Virus record (IMG/VR): IMGVR_UViG_3300027977_000006
Source: a virus
Lineage: Duplodnaviria; Heunggongvirae; Uroviricota; Caudoviricetes
Direction: 5' to 3' (one strand)
Length of the DNA stretch: 64,000 bases
Shown: one piece after another, positions 27,984-38,090 of the stretch
How the letters are laid out: each line of letters opens with the position of its first letter
How positions within the stretch are numbered: position 1 is the first letter of the stretch
Notes under the pieces: generated by a model
Database searches by the model: none
Seen by the model: the letters and a program-made list of their open reading frames with translations, nothing else
Told to the model about the DNA's origin: nothing
Made by a program: the position numbers and the translations under genes

Positions 27984-28961
27984 ATGAAAAAAGCATTTAT
28001 TACAGGAATCAACGGACAAGATGGTTCGTATTTAGCCGAATACTTATTGAGTTTAGGATATGAAGTACATGGCATTATAAGAAGAAATTCAAATGTAGAA
28101 TCACAGCAAGATAGATTCTCAGAGGAGATTAGAAATTCAGTACAAGTACATTACGGTGACTTACTAGACCAAGGTGGCCTAGAAAAATTGTTGGACAAAA
28201 TTCAACCAGATGAAATATATAATTTGGCCGCACAAAGTCATGTTAGAATTAGCTTTGATATACCACAATTTACTGTTCAAACAAACGCCATCGGTGTTTT
28301 AAACATCTTAGAAGCCTATAGACGCTCATGCCCATCTGCTAAATTTTATCAAGCTAGTTCATCTGAAATGTTTGGTAATTCTATTGATGACGATGGTTTT
28401 CAAAGAGAAACTACACCTATGACACCTGTAAGCCCATATGGTTGTTCAAAAGTATTTGGTTATAATATTGTTAGAAACTATAGAAATGCCTATGGTTTAC
28501 ACGCTTGCAATGGAATTCTTTTTAACCATGAATCACCAAGAAGAGGCTCCAATTTTGTAACGAATAAAGTTGTTAAAACAGCCGTGGAAATCAAATTAGG
28601 CCTTGCTGATAAATTGGTATTAGGAAATATGGATTCTTACAGAGATTGGGGACACTCAAAAGATTATGTTAAAGCAATGCATTTAATTATTAATCACGAA
28701 AAAGCAGATGATTTTGTTGTGTCTACAATGGAAACACATTCAGTAAGACAAATGGTTGAATATGTGTTCAATAAGTTAGATTTAGATTACACCAAATATG
28801 TCTCCCAAGATGGTAAATTTTTAAGACCAGAAGAACTTAAATACTTAAAAGGAGATTCAACAAAGATAAGAACAACTCTTGGTTGGAAGCCAGAATATAG
28901 TTTTGAAACACTTATGGACGATATGATTAATGGGTGGCTAGATAGGTTAGGGCAAAAATAG
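27984..28961 (+). CDS. gmd: GDP-mannose 4,6-dehydratase
   Basis: ITGINGQDGSYLAE, YNLAAQSHV, QASSSE, SPYGCSK, LFNHESPRRG, RDWGH. Confidence 0.96.
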   Translation: MKKAFITGINGQDGSYLAEYLLSLGYEVHGIIRRNSNVESQQDRFSEEIRNSVQVHYGDLLDQGGLEKLLDKIQPDEIYNLAAQSHVRISFDIPQFTVQTNAIGVLNILEAYRRSCPSAKFYQASSSEMFGNSIDDDGFQRETTPMTPVSPYGCSKVFGYNIVRNYRNAYGLHACNGILFNHESPRRGSNFVTNKVVKTAVEIKLGLADKLVLGNMDSYRDWGHSKDYVKAMHLIINHEKADDFVVSTMETHSVRQMVEYVFNKLDLDYTKYVSQDGKFLRPEELKYLKGDSTKIRTTLGWKPEYSFETLMDDMINGWLDRLGQK

Positions 28962-29000
28962 TTTTTGTCATTTGTTGCAATATTTATATATAAAAGTTGC

Positions 29001-30926
29001 ATGGCGAAAAGGACAACAACACCTAGAGTTAAAAAACAAGACGCAGATATTTCAGATATCATATCAGGTTTTAACGACACACTTCTATCCAACATTAAAT
29101 TGGATATTAAACACAAAAACGAAACACAAAAAAAGCTTACCAATTCAATAAAAACAAACGATGTTACTATATGTACTGGACCTGCTGGATGCGGGAAAGC
29201 CCAAAGTATAGATTCATTGGTTTTAACACCTAACGGTTATGTTAAAATGAGTGATATCAATATAGGTGATTATGTCATTGGTATTGATGGGTTACCTACA
29301 AAAGTTAATGGTGTATACCCACAAGGTAAAAAAGATATTTATTTGATAACTTTTTCAGATGGTACATCGACAGAATGTTGTGGCGAACATTTGTGGTTAA
29401 CTCAAAATTATGAAGAACGAAATTATAGAAAAAGAGTAAGGACTAAAGAAAATCAAAGAATTAAAATTGGTAATAAGGGAAAAGAAGGTTCTGTTAGAAA
29501 TACATTAGAAATAATGAATAATTTATTTGTAGGTATAAAATCAAAAAAAATAAATCATTCAATACCAATTGTAAAACCAATTAAATTTGAGAAAAAACAA
29601 ACTGATATTGACCCATATTTACTTGGTTGTATATTAGGAGACGGTGGTTTTACAACAGCTGGTTTAAGTTTTACAACAAATGATTTAGAAATTATAGAAA
29701 CATTAAAAAATAAAATACCAGATAACCACATAATTAAAGAAAGATATAAACAAAATTATGTTATTAAATCTATTGGGGTTAAAGAAAATATAATAACAAC
29801 ATATTTGCGAAAAAGTAATTTATTTGGGTTAAAATCAAACGAAAAGTTTATACCAAAAGAATTTTTAATAAACGACATTGAAACTAGATTAGAAATACTT
29901 AGAGGGTTATTAGATACTGATGGTTCTGTTCATAAACAAGCTGGAACACCTTTATTTTATTCAACGTCTGAACAATTAATTAAAGATGTTACATTTATTG
30001 TTCAATCATTAGGCGGCATTGTTACGAAAAAAGAAAAGATAGGTAAATATAAAAAATTAAATGGGGAAATAAAAGAATGTAAAAAAATTTATACGCTACA
30101 TATAAACTTACCAAATGAATATATACCATTTAAATTAAAAAGAAAAATTAAGTTATTAAAAAAAAGAACAAAATATCAACCTATTAGATATATTAAAAAC
30201 ATAACATTGGTTGGTAAAAAAGAAGCTCAGTGTATATCTGTAGACGATGAAAAACATTTATATTTAACCAATGATTGTATTGTAACCCATAACACCTTTG
30301 TCACTTGTGCTCAATCTTTAATTGAACTTAAACATACTAAAAGTATAGAAAAAATTGTTCTAGTTAAATCAGTAACAACACTCAAATCTGAAGAAATTGG
30401 ATTTTTAAAAGGAACATTAGAGGAAAAAATGGAACCTTTTATGTATTCTTTTATTAAAAATTTTGAAAAAGTTATCGGAAGAGAAATGGTAGAAAAATTA
30501 AAAAATGAAAAAATAATAGAGATTCTACCAATTGCTTATATGAGAGGCGTTAATATTGATAACGCTATTATTATAGTTGATGAAGTACAAAATATCACTA
30601 TTGATAATATCAGAACAATATTAACTAGATTAGGTGAAAATAGCAAGATGATATTACTTGGTGATTTAAAACAAATAGACCAAAAAAACAAATATGATAG
30701 CGCATTAATGTTTTTAACAAAACATTTTAAAAATATTGATAGAGTAGATGTTGTAGAATTTAGTTTGGATGATGTTGTTAGACACCCATTAATAAAACAA
30801 ATAGAACCAATATTTGACCTTTATCATACTGGTAAACCACAACAAAAAATTGAACCACCAAAAACAAATAAAACAAAAGAAACAAATACAAACTGGTTTA
30901 AAAAAATAGTTAATAAATTTTTGTAA
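29001..30926 (+). CDS. phoH: PhoH-family ATPase with intein
   Basis: GPAGCGK/T, AYMRG, VDEVQN, RLGENSK, GDLKQID, VRHPL; start moved to ATG 29001, 13 nt after ATATTTAT. Confidence 0.92.
   Translation: MAKRTTTPRVKKQDADISDIISGFNDTLLSNIKLDIKHKNETQKKLTNSIKTNDVTICTGPAGCGKAQSIDSLVLTPNGYVKMSDINIGDYVIGIDGLPTKVNGVYPQGKKDIYLITFSDGTSTECCGEHLWLTQNYEERNYRKRVRTKENQRIKIGNKGKEGSVRNTLEIMNNLFVGIKSKKINHSIPIVKPIKFEKKQTDIDPYLLGCILGDGGFTTAGLSFTTNDLEIIETLKNKIPDNHIIKERYKQNYVIKSIGVKENIITTYLRKSNLFGLKSNEKFIPKEFLINDIETRLEILRGLLDTDGSVHKQAGTPLFYSTSEQLIKDVTFIVQSLGGIVTKKEKIGKYKKLNGEIKECKKIYTLHINLPNEYIPFKLKRKIKLLKKRTKYQPIRYIKNITLVGKKEAQCISVDDEKHLYLTNDCIVTHNTFVTCAQSLIELKHTKSIEKIVLVKSVTTLKSEEIGFLKGTLEEKMEPFMYSFIKNFEKVIGREMVEKLKNEKIIEILPIAYMRGVNIDNAIIIVDEVQNITIDNIRTILTRLGENSKMILLGDLKQIDQKNKYDSALMFLTKHFKNIDRVDVVEFSLDDVVRHPLIKQIEPIFDLYHTGKPQQKIEPPKTNKTKETNTNWFKKIVNKFL
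29199..30293 (+). mobile_element. Class 3-type intein (365 aa) with LAGLIDADG endonuclease in the PhoH P-loop
   Basis: GK|AQSIDSLVLTPNG...EHLW...AQCISV...CIVTHN|T; Ala1 with W/C/T triplet; LGCILGDGG, LRGLLDTDG. Confidence 0.92.
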
Positions 30927-30981
30927 TTTTTTTTTTATTTTTTTGCTTTACTTATCCAAAAATAAATATTAAATTTGTTTT

Positions 30982-31590
30982 ATGAAAATAGGTATTAGTG
31001 TAAACGAAGTGCTTCGAGATTTTTTAGGGCAATTTAATTATACTTACGATAAGTACATCGCTGAATCAAAAGTTAAAGAAGGTGATGTTAAATCGTTTGA
31101 TTTGCTTCAACACTATGAATTTGAAGATATAAATAAATTAAATAGCTTTTTATATCTGGAAGCCCCTCTAGAAATTTTTGGTCATGCTGACCAACTAAAA
31201 GATGGTCTTTTCAATCGTTTAAATGAATTCATCATGGACATTGAAGACGATGAAGAACATCAAATCGAAATTGTTAGCCGTGAGGTTAATAAATCAATTC
31301 CAGCCACTTTATTCTTTTTATCAAAAGTTGGAGCTAGACCAACTAGTTTAAGATTTGTAAAAAGAAATGAAGATGAGTGGGGTGATTTAGATGTTTTAAT
31401 TACCGCAAACCCAATTGCGCTAGAATCAAAACCAAATGACAAAATTAGTGTAAAAGTTAAAGCTAGCTACAATGAAGGTGTCAAAGCTGATTACGAAATT
31501 GAATCTATTTTAGATTTCATTCAAAACCATGACCTTAGAACGAAAATACTAAGCAAAACAATAACAACAACATACGAAGAAATTAATTAA
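30982..31590 (+). CDS. HAD/5'-nucleotidase (NT5C)-like protein with degenerate motif I
   Basis: KIGISVNEVLRDF in place of IDIDGVLRD; DVLITANP; TAAATTTG promoter element 30970-77. Confidence 0.6.
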   Translation: MKIGISVNEVLRDFLGQFNYTYDKYIAESKVKEGDVKSFDLLQHYEFEDINKLNSFLYLEAPLEIFGHADQLKDGLFNRLNEFIMDIEDDEEHQIEIVSREVNKSIPATLFFLSKVGARPTSLRFVKRNEDEWGDLDVLITANPIALESKPNDKISVKVKASYNEGVKADYEIESILDFIQNHDLRTKILSKTITTTYEEIN

Positions 31591-31591
31591 C

Positions 31592-31948
31592 ATGATTGAA
31601 TACGGTGGTGTAGTATACTACATTGATTTAAAAGCATTTGATAAATTTATCACAATTACAAAACCAGATGAAAAGGTTGAAATTAAAGAATTTAAAACTA
31701 CCAAAGATGTGAATGGTGATATTTTAACAACTGAAGAATACATCCATATTACTGATAAACAGAAAGAGGTCAACGCTCCAAATTTTGATATTTTAAGAAC
31801 AATGATTGAAATACTATTAGAATCTGAAGATGGTGATGAGGAAGATACAACGCTAGGAGCTGATAGAGCCTTAGAAAAAAAACCATTGTCATATCAACTT
31901 TGTTTTAATACATTAATGAACTATGGAATCTTAAAAGAAAAAGAATAA
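31592..31948 (+). CDS. Hypothetical protein
   Basis: 118 aa; FNTLMNYGILKE C-terminus. Confidence 0.7.
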   Translation: MIEYGGVVYYIDLKAFDKFITITKPDEKVEIKEFKTTKDVNGDILTTEEYIHITDKQKEVNAPNFDILRTMIEILLESEDGDEEDTTLGADRALEKKPLSYQLCFNTLMNYGILKEKE

Positions 31949-31968
31949 CGTTACAAAAAATTAAAAAA

Positions 31969-33135
31969 ATGAAACAACAAAAAGAACAATTTGAAACACA
32001 AATCAGCCAAGGTAAGACTGTTTTGGAGAAATTGAAAAATAAAGATTTTAGCCTTTATTTTTTTGCCATTGATACTAAAGGTAACCCTACCGCTGGAATC
32101 GCAAACATTTACGAACATGTAAAAGTATTAAATGAATTAGGTTATAAAGCATCTATTCTACATGAAAAAAATGATTACAAATTAAAAGGCGATGCGTCTG
32201 GTCAAGGTATTTCAGATTGGTTGGGTGAGGAGTATGCTGCTCTACCACACTTATCGATTGAAAGTCAAAATTTGAATATTAGCCCTAGTGATTTTATTAT
32301 TATCCCAGAAATATTTTCTAGCATCATGGACCAAGTGAAAGGTTTCCCATGTAAAAAAATTGTTTTCTCTCAAAATTACGATTATCTTTTAGAGTTGTTA
32401 CCAATTGGTAAAAGATGGAATACCGATTATGGTTTTAATGATGTTATCACTACTAGCGAAAAACAAGCGTCTTATCTATCGACTCTATTCCCTTCAATCA
32501 GAACGCATATAGTACCAGTTTCTATTCCGTCATACTTTAAACCTAGCGATAAGCCAAAAATACCTATGATTGCCATCTTAACAAGGAATCATGGTGATGC
32601 TGCTAAGATTGCTAAATCATTCTACTTGCAGTATCCTATGTACAAATGGATTACGTTTAAAGAACTTAGAGGTCTGTCTAGAAAACAATTTGCAACAGAA
32701 TTGGGTAAATGTTGTTTGGCTATTTGGGTTGATGACCCATCTGGTTTTGGAACCTTCCCAGTTGAAGCTATGGAGTGTGAGACACCAGTAATTGGCAAAA
32801 TTCCTAACTTGGTACCAGAATGGATGGAAAGCAAAGACGCTGATGGAAATATTTTGATTAAAAACAACGGTGTTTGGACCAATACTACAATTAACATCCC
32901 AGAACTTATTGCTACATACCTTAAAGTATGGCTAGAAGATTCAGTACCAAGTGATTTGCTTGAAGGTATCAAAGAAAGTAAAGGCCAATACACTGAAGAG
33001 AAACAAAAAGAAACTATGAAAGCGATATATGGTGAATTGATTAAAAACAGAGAAGCTGAAATTGACTTTTTAATTAAAAATTTAGAAGCACAGTATAACG
33101 AATTCACAGAAGAAACTAACAACTTAATTAAATAA
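31969..33135 (+). CDS. GT4-like glycosyltransferase
   Basis: IYEHVKVLNELG, IIIPE, SGFGTFPVEAMECETPVIG. Confidence 0.8.
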   Translation: MKQQKEQFETQISQGKTVLEKLKNKDFSLYFFAIDTKGNPTAGIANIYEHVKVLNELGYKASILHEKNDYKLKGDASGQGISDWLGEEYAALPHLSIESQNLNISPSDFIIIPEIFSSIMDQVKGFPCKKIVFSQNYDYLLELLPIGKRWNTDYGFNDVITTSEKQASYLSTLFPSIRTHIVPVSIPSYFKPSDKPKIPMIAILTRNHGDAAKIAKSFYLQYPMYKWITFKELRGLSRKQFATELGKCCLAIWVDDPSGFGTFPVEAMECETPVIGKIPNLVPEWMESKDADGNILIKNNGVWTNTTINIPELIATYLKVWLEDSVPSDLLEGIKESKGQYTEEKQKETMKAIYGELIKNREAEIDFLIKNLEAQYNEFTEETNNLIK

Positions 33136-33142
33136 GATTAAA

Positions 33143-33940
33143 ATGGAAAAAAACAACATAAGCGTTATTTTACCCGTTCACAAGTTGAACGATGATACAA
33201 AAAAATTATTTACTAATGCAGTACAAAGTGTAAAGGAACAACTAGTAAGGCCAGATGAATTGGTTATCGTTGTTCCAAAAGGTAGTGATGCTGCCACATA
33301 TGTAAAAGCCTTTGATTTTGGTGATTATAAATCATCAGTTACAATTGCTGAAAATGAAGGTCAAACAGACTTTGCTTCACAAACAAATTATGGTGTGAGT
33401 GTTGCAAAATCTGAATGGATTAGCTTCTTAGAGATGGATGATGAATACGCTAAAATTTGGTTTAAAAACGTTTTAAAATATCGTGAAGCACATCCAGAAG
33501 TTGAAATCTTTATGCCAATTGTAATTGATGTTGATTCAAACAATCAATTTATTGGTTTGACAAACGAAGCTGTATGGGCCCAAAGTTTTTCTGATGAACT
33601 AGGTGTCTTAGACAATAACGCATTGTTGGCTTATCAAAACTTTAATATTGATGGTATTGTTATGAAGAAATCAATTTACGAAGACTTTGGTGGTTTCAAA
33701 GCAAGTATCAAACTAACTTTCATCTATGAATTCCTACTTCGTATGACTTTTAAAGCCATCAAAGTTATGGTTATCCCTAGATTTGGTTATAAACACATGA
33801 ATCAGAGACCAGATTCTTTATTCTCGTCTTATAAAGATTATATGACACCAGTAGAAGCCAAGTGGTGGTTAGCTCAAGCTAAAAAAGAGTACTATTTTAC
33901 AAAAGATAGAAGCATAACGTACCAAGAACAAACTGTCTAA
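33143..33940 (+). CDS. GT2-family glycosyltransferase
   Basis: SVILPVH, FLEMDDEY, EFLLR, GYKH. Confidence 0.8.
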   Translation: MEKNNISVILPVHKLNDDTKKLFTNAVQSVKEQLVRPDELVIVVPKGSDAATYVKAFDFGDYKSSVTIAENEGQTDFASQTNYGVSVAKSEWISFLEMDDEYAKIWFKNVLKYREAHPEVEIFMPIVIDVDSNNQFIGLTNEAVWAQSFSDELGVLDNNALLAYQNFNIDGIVMKKSIYEDFGGFKASIKLTFIYEFLLRMTFKAIKVMVIPRFGYKHMNQRPDSLFSSYKDYMTPVEAKWWLAQAKKEYYFTKDRSITYQEQTV

Positions 33941-34665
33941 TGGTGGCAAGAGGACGCAAAAGAAAAGATGAAATGTATTTTGGTCCAAATGAAGAAGAAG
34001 CAGTAATTAAATTTTTAGAATCAACAGACGAAGAAGAAAGGAATCAAATTTTTAACGAGTGGCTTAGAGGGCCACTCGATAAAATGATTGAGTCGATAAT
34101 TAAAAGGTACAAATTATATAGAAAAGGTGAAACATTTGAAGATTTACATAGTGACACCATTTCGTTTTTAATGACAAAAGTACATAAGTTCGAAAGTGGA
34201 AGAGGAAAAAAAGCTTATTCATATTTTGGAACCATTAGTAAAAACTACATTCTAGGTCTTTTAATCAAAGACGAGAAACACATCAAACAGACCGCTTCAT
34301 ATGAAGATATGTATGATGATTTGGAGGAAAGGTCAGATTTAACTTACGTAATAGATGCTGAAACATTTTCTATGGAAGATTTCATAGGTAAAATAACAAA
34401 TAGTATAAAAGAAGAGTTAAATGATGAAAACCAACCAGCAAAAAAGAAACTAACTGATAACGAGAAAAAAGTTGGTTATGCTTTGATTGATATATTAGAA
34501 AATTGGGAAACAGCATTTCAAGCTATGGAAGGTGGTTCCAAATATAACAAAAACTCTGTTTTAGAAACCATGAGGAATTACACCAATTTGTCAACGAAAG
34601 ACATTAGATTGGCAATGAAGCGCTATAAACAACTTTATGACTTTTTAAAACAAACTGGGTTGTAG
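33940..34665 (+). CDS. gp55-like late transcription sigma factor
   Basis: Sigma region-2-like FLMTKVHKFESGRGKKAYSYFGTISKNY. Confidence 0.65.
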   Translation: MVARGRKRKDEMYFGPNEEEAVIKFLESTDEEERNQIFNEWLRGPLDKMIESIIKRYKLYRKGETFEDLHSDTISFLMTKVHKFESGRGKKAYSYFGTISKNYILGLLIKDEKHIKQTASYEDMYDDLEERSDLTYVIDAETFSMEDFIGKITNSIKEELNDENQPAKKKLTDNEKKVGYALIDILENWETAFQAMEGGSKYNKNSVLETMRNYTNLSTKDIRLAMKRYKQLYDFLKQTGL

Positions 34666-34715
34666 AAAATAGCAATAAAACCTTTGTTTGAGGTATTTAT
34701 AGTAAAATATAAATC

Positions 34716-34943
34716 ATGAGTAAAAAATCAGCTATAGATAAAGCGAATAGACGTTTATTGAATGAATCAATACCACCAATGATTTATTTTAATGAATTTG
34801 AAGTCGCTCAAATATTAAGTGATGCTATTGGGTGTGACAATCTAAATTTACCACCAATGGCGGTTAAAGCTTTACAAACAGCTTTAATTAAAAAAGGTAG
34901 AAACCTTAACCCACCAAATGTACCAGATGGTGCTATGATGTAA
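34716..34943 (+). CDS. Small late protein
   Basis: 75 aa; GTATTTAT 15 nt upstream; LNE motif. Confidence 0.6.
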   Translation: MSKKSAIDKANRRLLNESIPPMIYFNEFEVAQILSDAIGCDNLNLPPMAVKALQTALIKKGRNLNPPNVPDGAMM

Positions 34944-34970
34944 ATAATTAAATCGGTGATATTTATAGAT

Positions 34971-35627
34971 ATGGAAAAAACATGTAATAAATGTAATTTG
35001 GTTAAAACACTTAATGAATTTACAAAACGTAAAACTTCTAAAGATGGTTTTGGGAATACATGTAAATCATGTACTAGAAAATACATGATTAAATATCAAG
35101 AAACTAATTTAGTTAAAATAACTGAATATAATATAGAGTATAGATTAGCGAACAGTGAAAAAAATAAAGAGTATTTAAAGAATTATAGTACTAAACCAGA
35201 GGTTAAAAAAAAGAAACGAGAATATTATGATGAAAACATCCAATATTATCGTGATTTAGAAAAAACTGATGAAAGGAAAAAATATCGTTATAACTATAAC
35301 AAAAATTCACACACATTAAGATGGAGATTGTTTTTAAAAAACACATTAAAAAGACTGGGTAAATCTAAAGAAGGTAAAACAATTGATTTGTTAGGTTACT
35401 CAGCTTTAGAACTTAAACAACATTTAGAATCACTATTTACTAAAGGTATGTCTTGGGATAATTACGGTCAATGGCATATAGACCACATTAAACCAGTGTC
35501 ATCTTTTGATAAAAACACCCCTATTAAGATAGTTAATTGTTTATCTAACTTACAACCATTATGGGCTACAACAAGGGAGATAAATGGTGTTGTTTATGAA
35601 GGAAATTTGAATAAATATAACAATTAA
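34971..35627 (+). mobile_element. Free-standing HNH homing endonuclease with N-terminal Cys4 finger
   Basis: CNKC...CKSC; WHIDHIKP...NCLSNLQPLW; ATG 34971 preferred over GTG 34956. Confidence 0.85.
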
Positions 35628-35643
35628 TTAAAACTTAGAAATT

Positions 35644-36039
35644 TTGCCACGTAAAAGAAAAACTGATGTAAAGGTAAACAATAATGATAGTCTCGAATCA
35701 TTGATGCAAGAAACTTATAATGATGCTTGTTTACAAATAAATGACGCTCAAAGAACAATAAATGAGCTTGCTACTAGTGCAACACCTACCGATGTTGACG
35801 ACTTAACAAAAATCGCTAAAGAAAAAGGTGGGCTTCTTAAAATTAAAGATTCTGCAATAAGAATCAAATTAGAATTAGCAAAATTACAAAGCGATATAAT
35901 TAAAAATCGTGGCGATGTTGATGCAACCATTTCAGAAAGAAGCAGTGGTTCAGCTTCTTTGAGTGACTTCAAATCAATCAGAGAAATGCTTAAAAACACA
36001 TCAAAAGAAACGGATAACGAGTCTGAAATAGATTTATAA
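35644..36039 (+). CDS. Hypothetical coiled-coil protein
   Basis: 131 aa, TTG start. Confidence 0.65.
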   Translation: MPRKRKTDVKVNNNDSLESLMQETYNDACLQINDAQRTINELATSATPTDVDDLTKIAKEKGGLLKIKDSAIRIKLELAKLQSDIIKNRGDVDATISERSSGSASLSDFKSIREMLKNTSKETDNESEIDL

Positions 36040-37469
36040 TGAGTGTTATAAATAAAAAGAAAAAAGTTTTTGGAAAAATTGCAGCCGCAAAAACTTTAGC
36101 TTCTGGGATGCCAAAACTAAAGTCAAGCTCATCGATGCCATCTATTAACAATGATGGTGATGCAATAACTTTTTTAACAGACCTTATAAAAGTTTTAGTA
36201 GGTTTTGAAGCATTGGTAACGACTGTTGTAGAAACACTCACCAATTCGTTACCTAAAATAGAAAGAGCTATAAAAAAAGCTTTAAAAACTGAATTAAAAT
36301 CAATCGTTAGCTGTGGTGTCGACCCTAGTTTACCAACTTGGATTCAATCAACAGGCACTGGTATTGTAATAGAAGTAAGAAAAATAGATTTTTTAGATAT
36401 GCTTAGAACAGACCCCAATTCTGTTCCAGGTAAACTAATTTACAATGATGTTGTAACACCGTTAACAAGTAGTAGTGATTTAAATACTTTTCTATATGAA
36501 GTAATTCAAAATCCAACAGTTACATATCAGTGGCCACAAGGTAGTCCTATTTTAAACATAACTTTCAATGAATTAGGTACTGGCGGTAACCCTAATAATA
36601 CATTAACGATAACAGCGGCCCCAGCATACGACACAAAAACATTAACTGATTTAAATAATGATTTTATTGATTCATTACAATTAATAAATTCTGCAAATGT
36701 TTTAAATAAAATAATGGATATCATTTATGGTACCGTTTCATCAGTTGCTGGTATCTCACAAAAAGTTTTAGAGAATGAACAAAAAATAAACGGTGTTGTT
36801 GACAAAATGGTTAATAATGTCAACAAAGGGCCAATAAATGATTCTGCGTTTAGTTTCTCAAAAGAAGAAACATTAAAACAACAAGCTGAAGCAGCTGCTA
36901 GAAAAAGAGGTTTTAAAAATATTAAAACCGCAAATGATATTCCTTCTTCAGTACCCATAGGTAGTTTGACTTCTTACAATCAACAATTATTATTAGCAAC
37001 AACGTTAGCTCAAAAGAAAGATGTTATTTCATCTAACTTAAATAACATGGCTAATTTGAGTACAGCTAATGTACCAAACCCTAGTGATGTTGTCTCATCA
37101 AAACTTAATTTTATACAACAAATAATAGTTTCGATGATTAAATCAATAGTAGGAATTATTCTATCACCAAAGGTAATTCTTGTATTTTTGATAAACTATA
37201 AAATAGTATACGGGCCGACAGCAACATTTAGTGACCCAATTGATTTTATCAAAAAGAACAAAAACTTGATTAATAACATTATGAAAGTTATTGCGGTAGA
37301 ATTAATTAAAATACTATTGACTATTGCCTTAAAAGAAATAGCTATTCTTGTAGCACAAACTATAGCTAAAAAACAAATAGAAAAAAACACAAATAAGTTA
37401 GCTCAGTTACAATCATTGATTGGGCTACCACCTAACCTAATAAGAAATTTACTAGATAATTTATTGTAA
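36039..37469 (+). CDS. Putative baseplate/tail structural protein
   Basis: 476 aa; upstream of gp5-like gene; context only. Confidence 0.5.
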   Translation: MSVINKKKKVFGKIAAAKTLASGMPKLKSSSSMPSINNDGDAITFLTDLIKVLVGFEALVTTVVETLTNSLPKIERAIKKALKTELKSIVSCGVDPSLPTWIQSTGTGIVIEVRKIDFLDMLRTDPNSVPGKLIYNDVVTPLTSSSDLNTFLYEVIQNPTVTYQWPQGSPILNITFNELGTGGNPNNTLTITAAPAYDTKTLTDLNNDFIDSLQLINSANVLNKIMDIIYGTVSSVAGISQKVLENEQKINGVVDKMVNNVNKGPINDSAFSFSKEETLKQQAEAAARKRGFKNIKTANDIPSSVPIGSLTSYNQQLLLATTLAQKKDVISSNLNNMANLSTANVPNPSDVVSSKLNFIQQIIVSMIKSIVGIILSPKVILVFLINYKIVYGPTATFSDPIDFIKKNKNLINNIMKVIAVELIKILLTIALKEIAILVAQTIAKKQIEKNTNKLAQLQSLIGLPPNLIRNLLDNLL

Positions 37470-37900
37470 TGGCAGACGTTAAACCAATACCAACATCAGG
37501 CTTTAATTTCTCATCAATTAATGGGATTTTAAATTTAATTTTAACCTCCTTTCAAATTCCAGAACCACCAGTTGAACCGTTACCACCACCTTTGGTTATG
37601 GTTGGAGCAAAGCTAAGACCTGGAATTTCTGCACAAGCAATAGCATCAGAAGTTATAAGCAAACAATCAGATGCTGGTAGAGTTGTTGGTGATGTTTTTG
37701 CTGACGGACCAAACGTTGAAGAAGCAATGGAATTAATCAGGGTTCAACAAATAGTAAACACTATTTTAAATGAAGCCAAAGTAGATGTTGTAATCCCTCC
37801 AGGAGTGGCCGTTACAGCGTTTGGTGGTAACGCTGGTGGTCCAGTAGTGTGCCAAGGTTTTACAACAGCTATGGGCATAGGAGATGGTATAATACGTTAA
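37469..37900 (+). CDS. Putative baseplate spike-associated protein
   Basis: 143 aa; P/G/V-rich. Confidence 0.5.
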   Translation: MADVKPIPTSGFNFSSINGILNLILTSFQIPEPPVEPLPPPLVMVGAKLRPGISAQAIASEVISKQSDAGRVVGDVFADGPNVEEAMELIRVQQIVNTILNEAKVDVVIPPGVAVTAFGGNAGGPVVCQGFTTAMGIGDGIIR

Positions 37901-37912
37901 AAATTTAATACT

Positions 37913-38089
37913 ATGAATGATTTAGAAAATATGTCAAACAACGAAATTTTGTTTGAAATTAAAAAAATGGAAGCTGAACATGAAGCTTTAAAATTGAAAA
38001 TGATTCAAGATTTTGATAAACTGCTTGAAATAGAAAAAAGATTTGACAATGCTAATAAGATACTAGTTAAACGATTAAAAGGAGAGTAG
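37913..38089 (+). CDS. Small coiled-coil protein (58 aa, not in ORF track)
   Basis: MNDLENMSNNEILFEIKKMEAEHEALKLKMIQDFDKLLEIEKRFDNANKILVKRLKGE* fills the gap exactly. Confidence 0.7.
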   Translation: MNDLENMSNNEILFEIKKMEAEHEALKLKMIQDFDKLLEIEKRFDNANKILVKRLKGE

Positions 38090-38090
38090 T

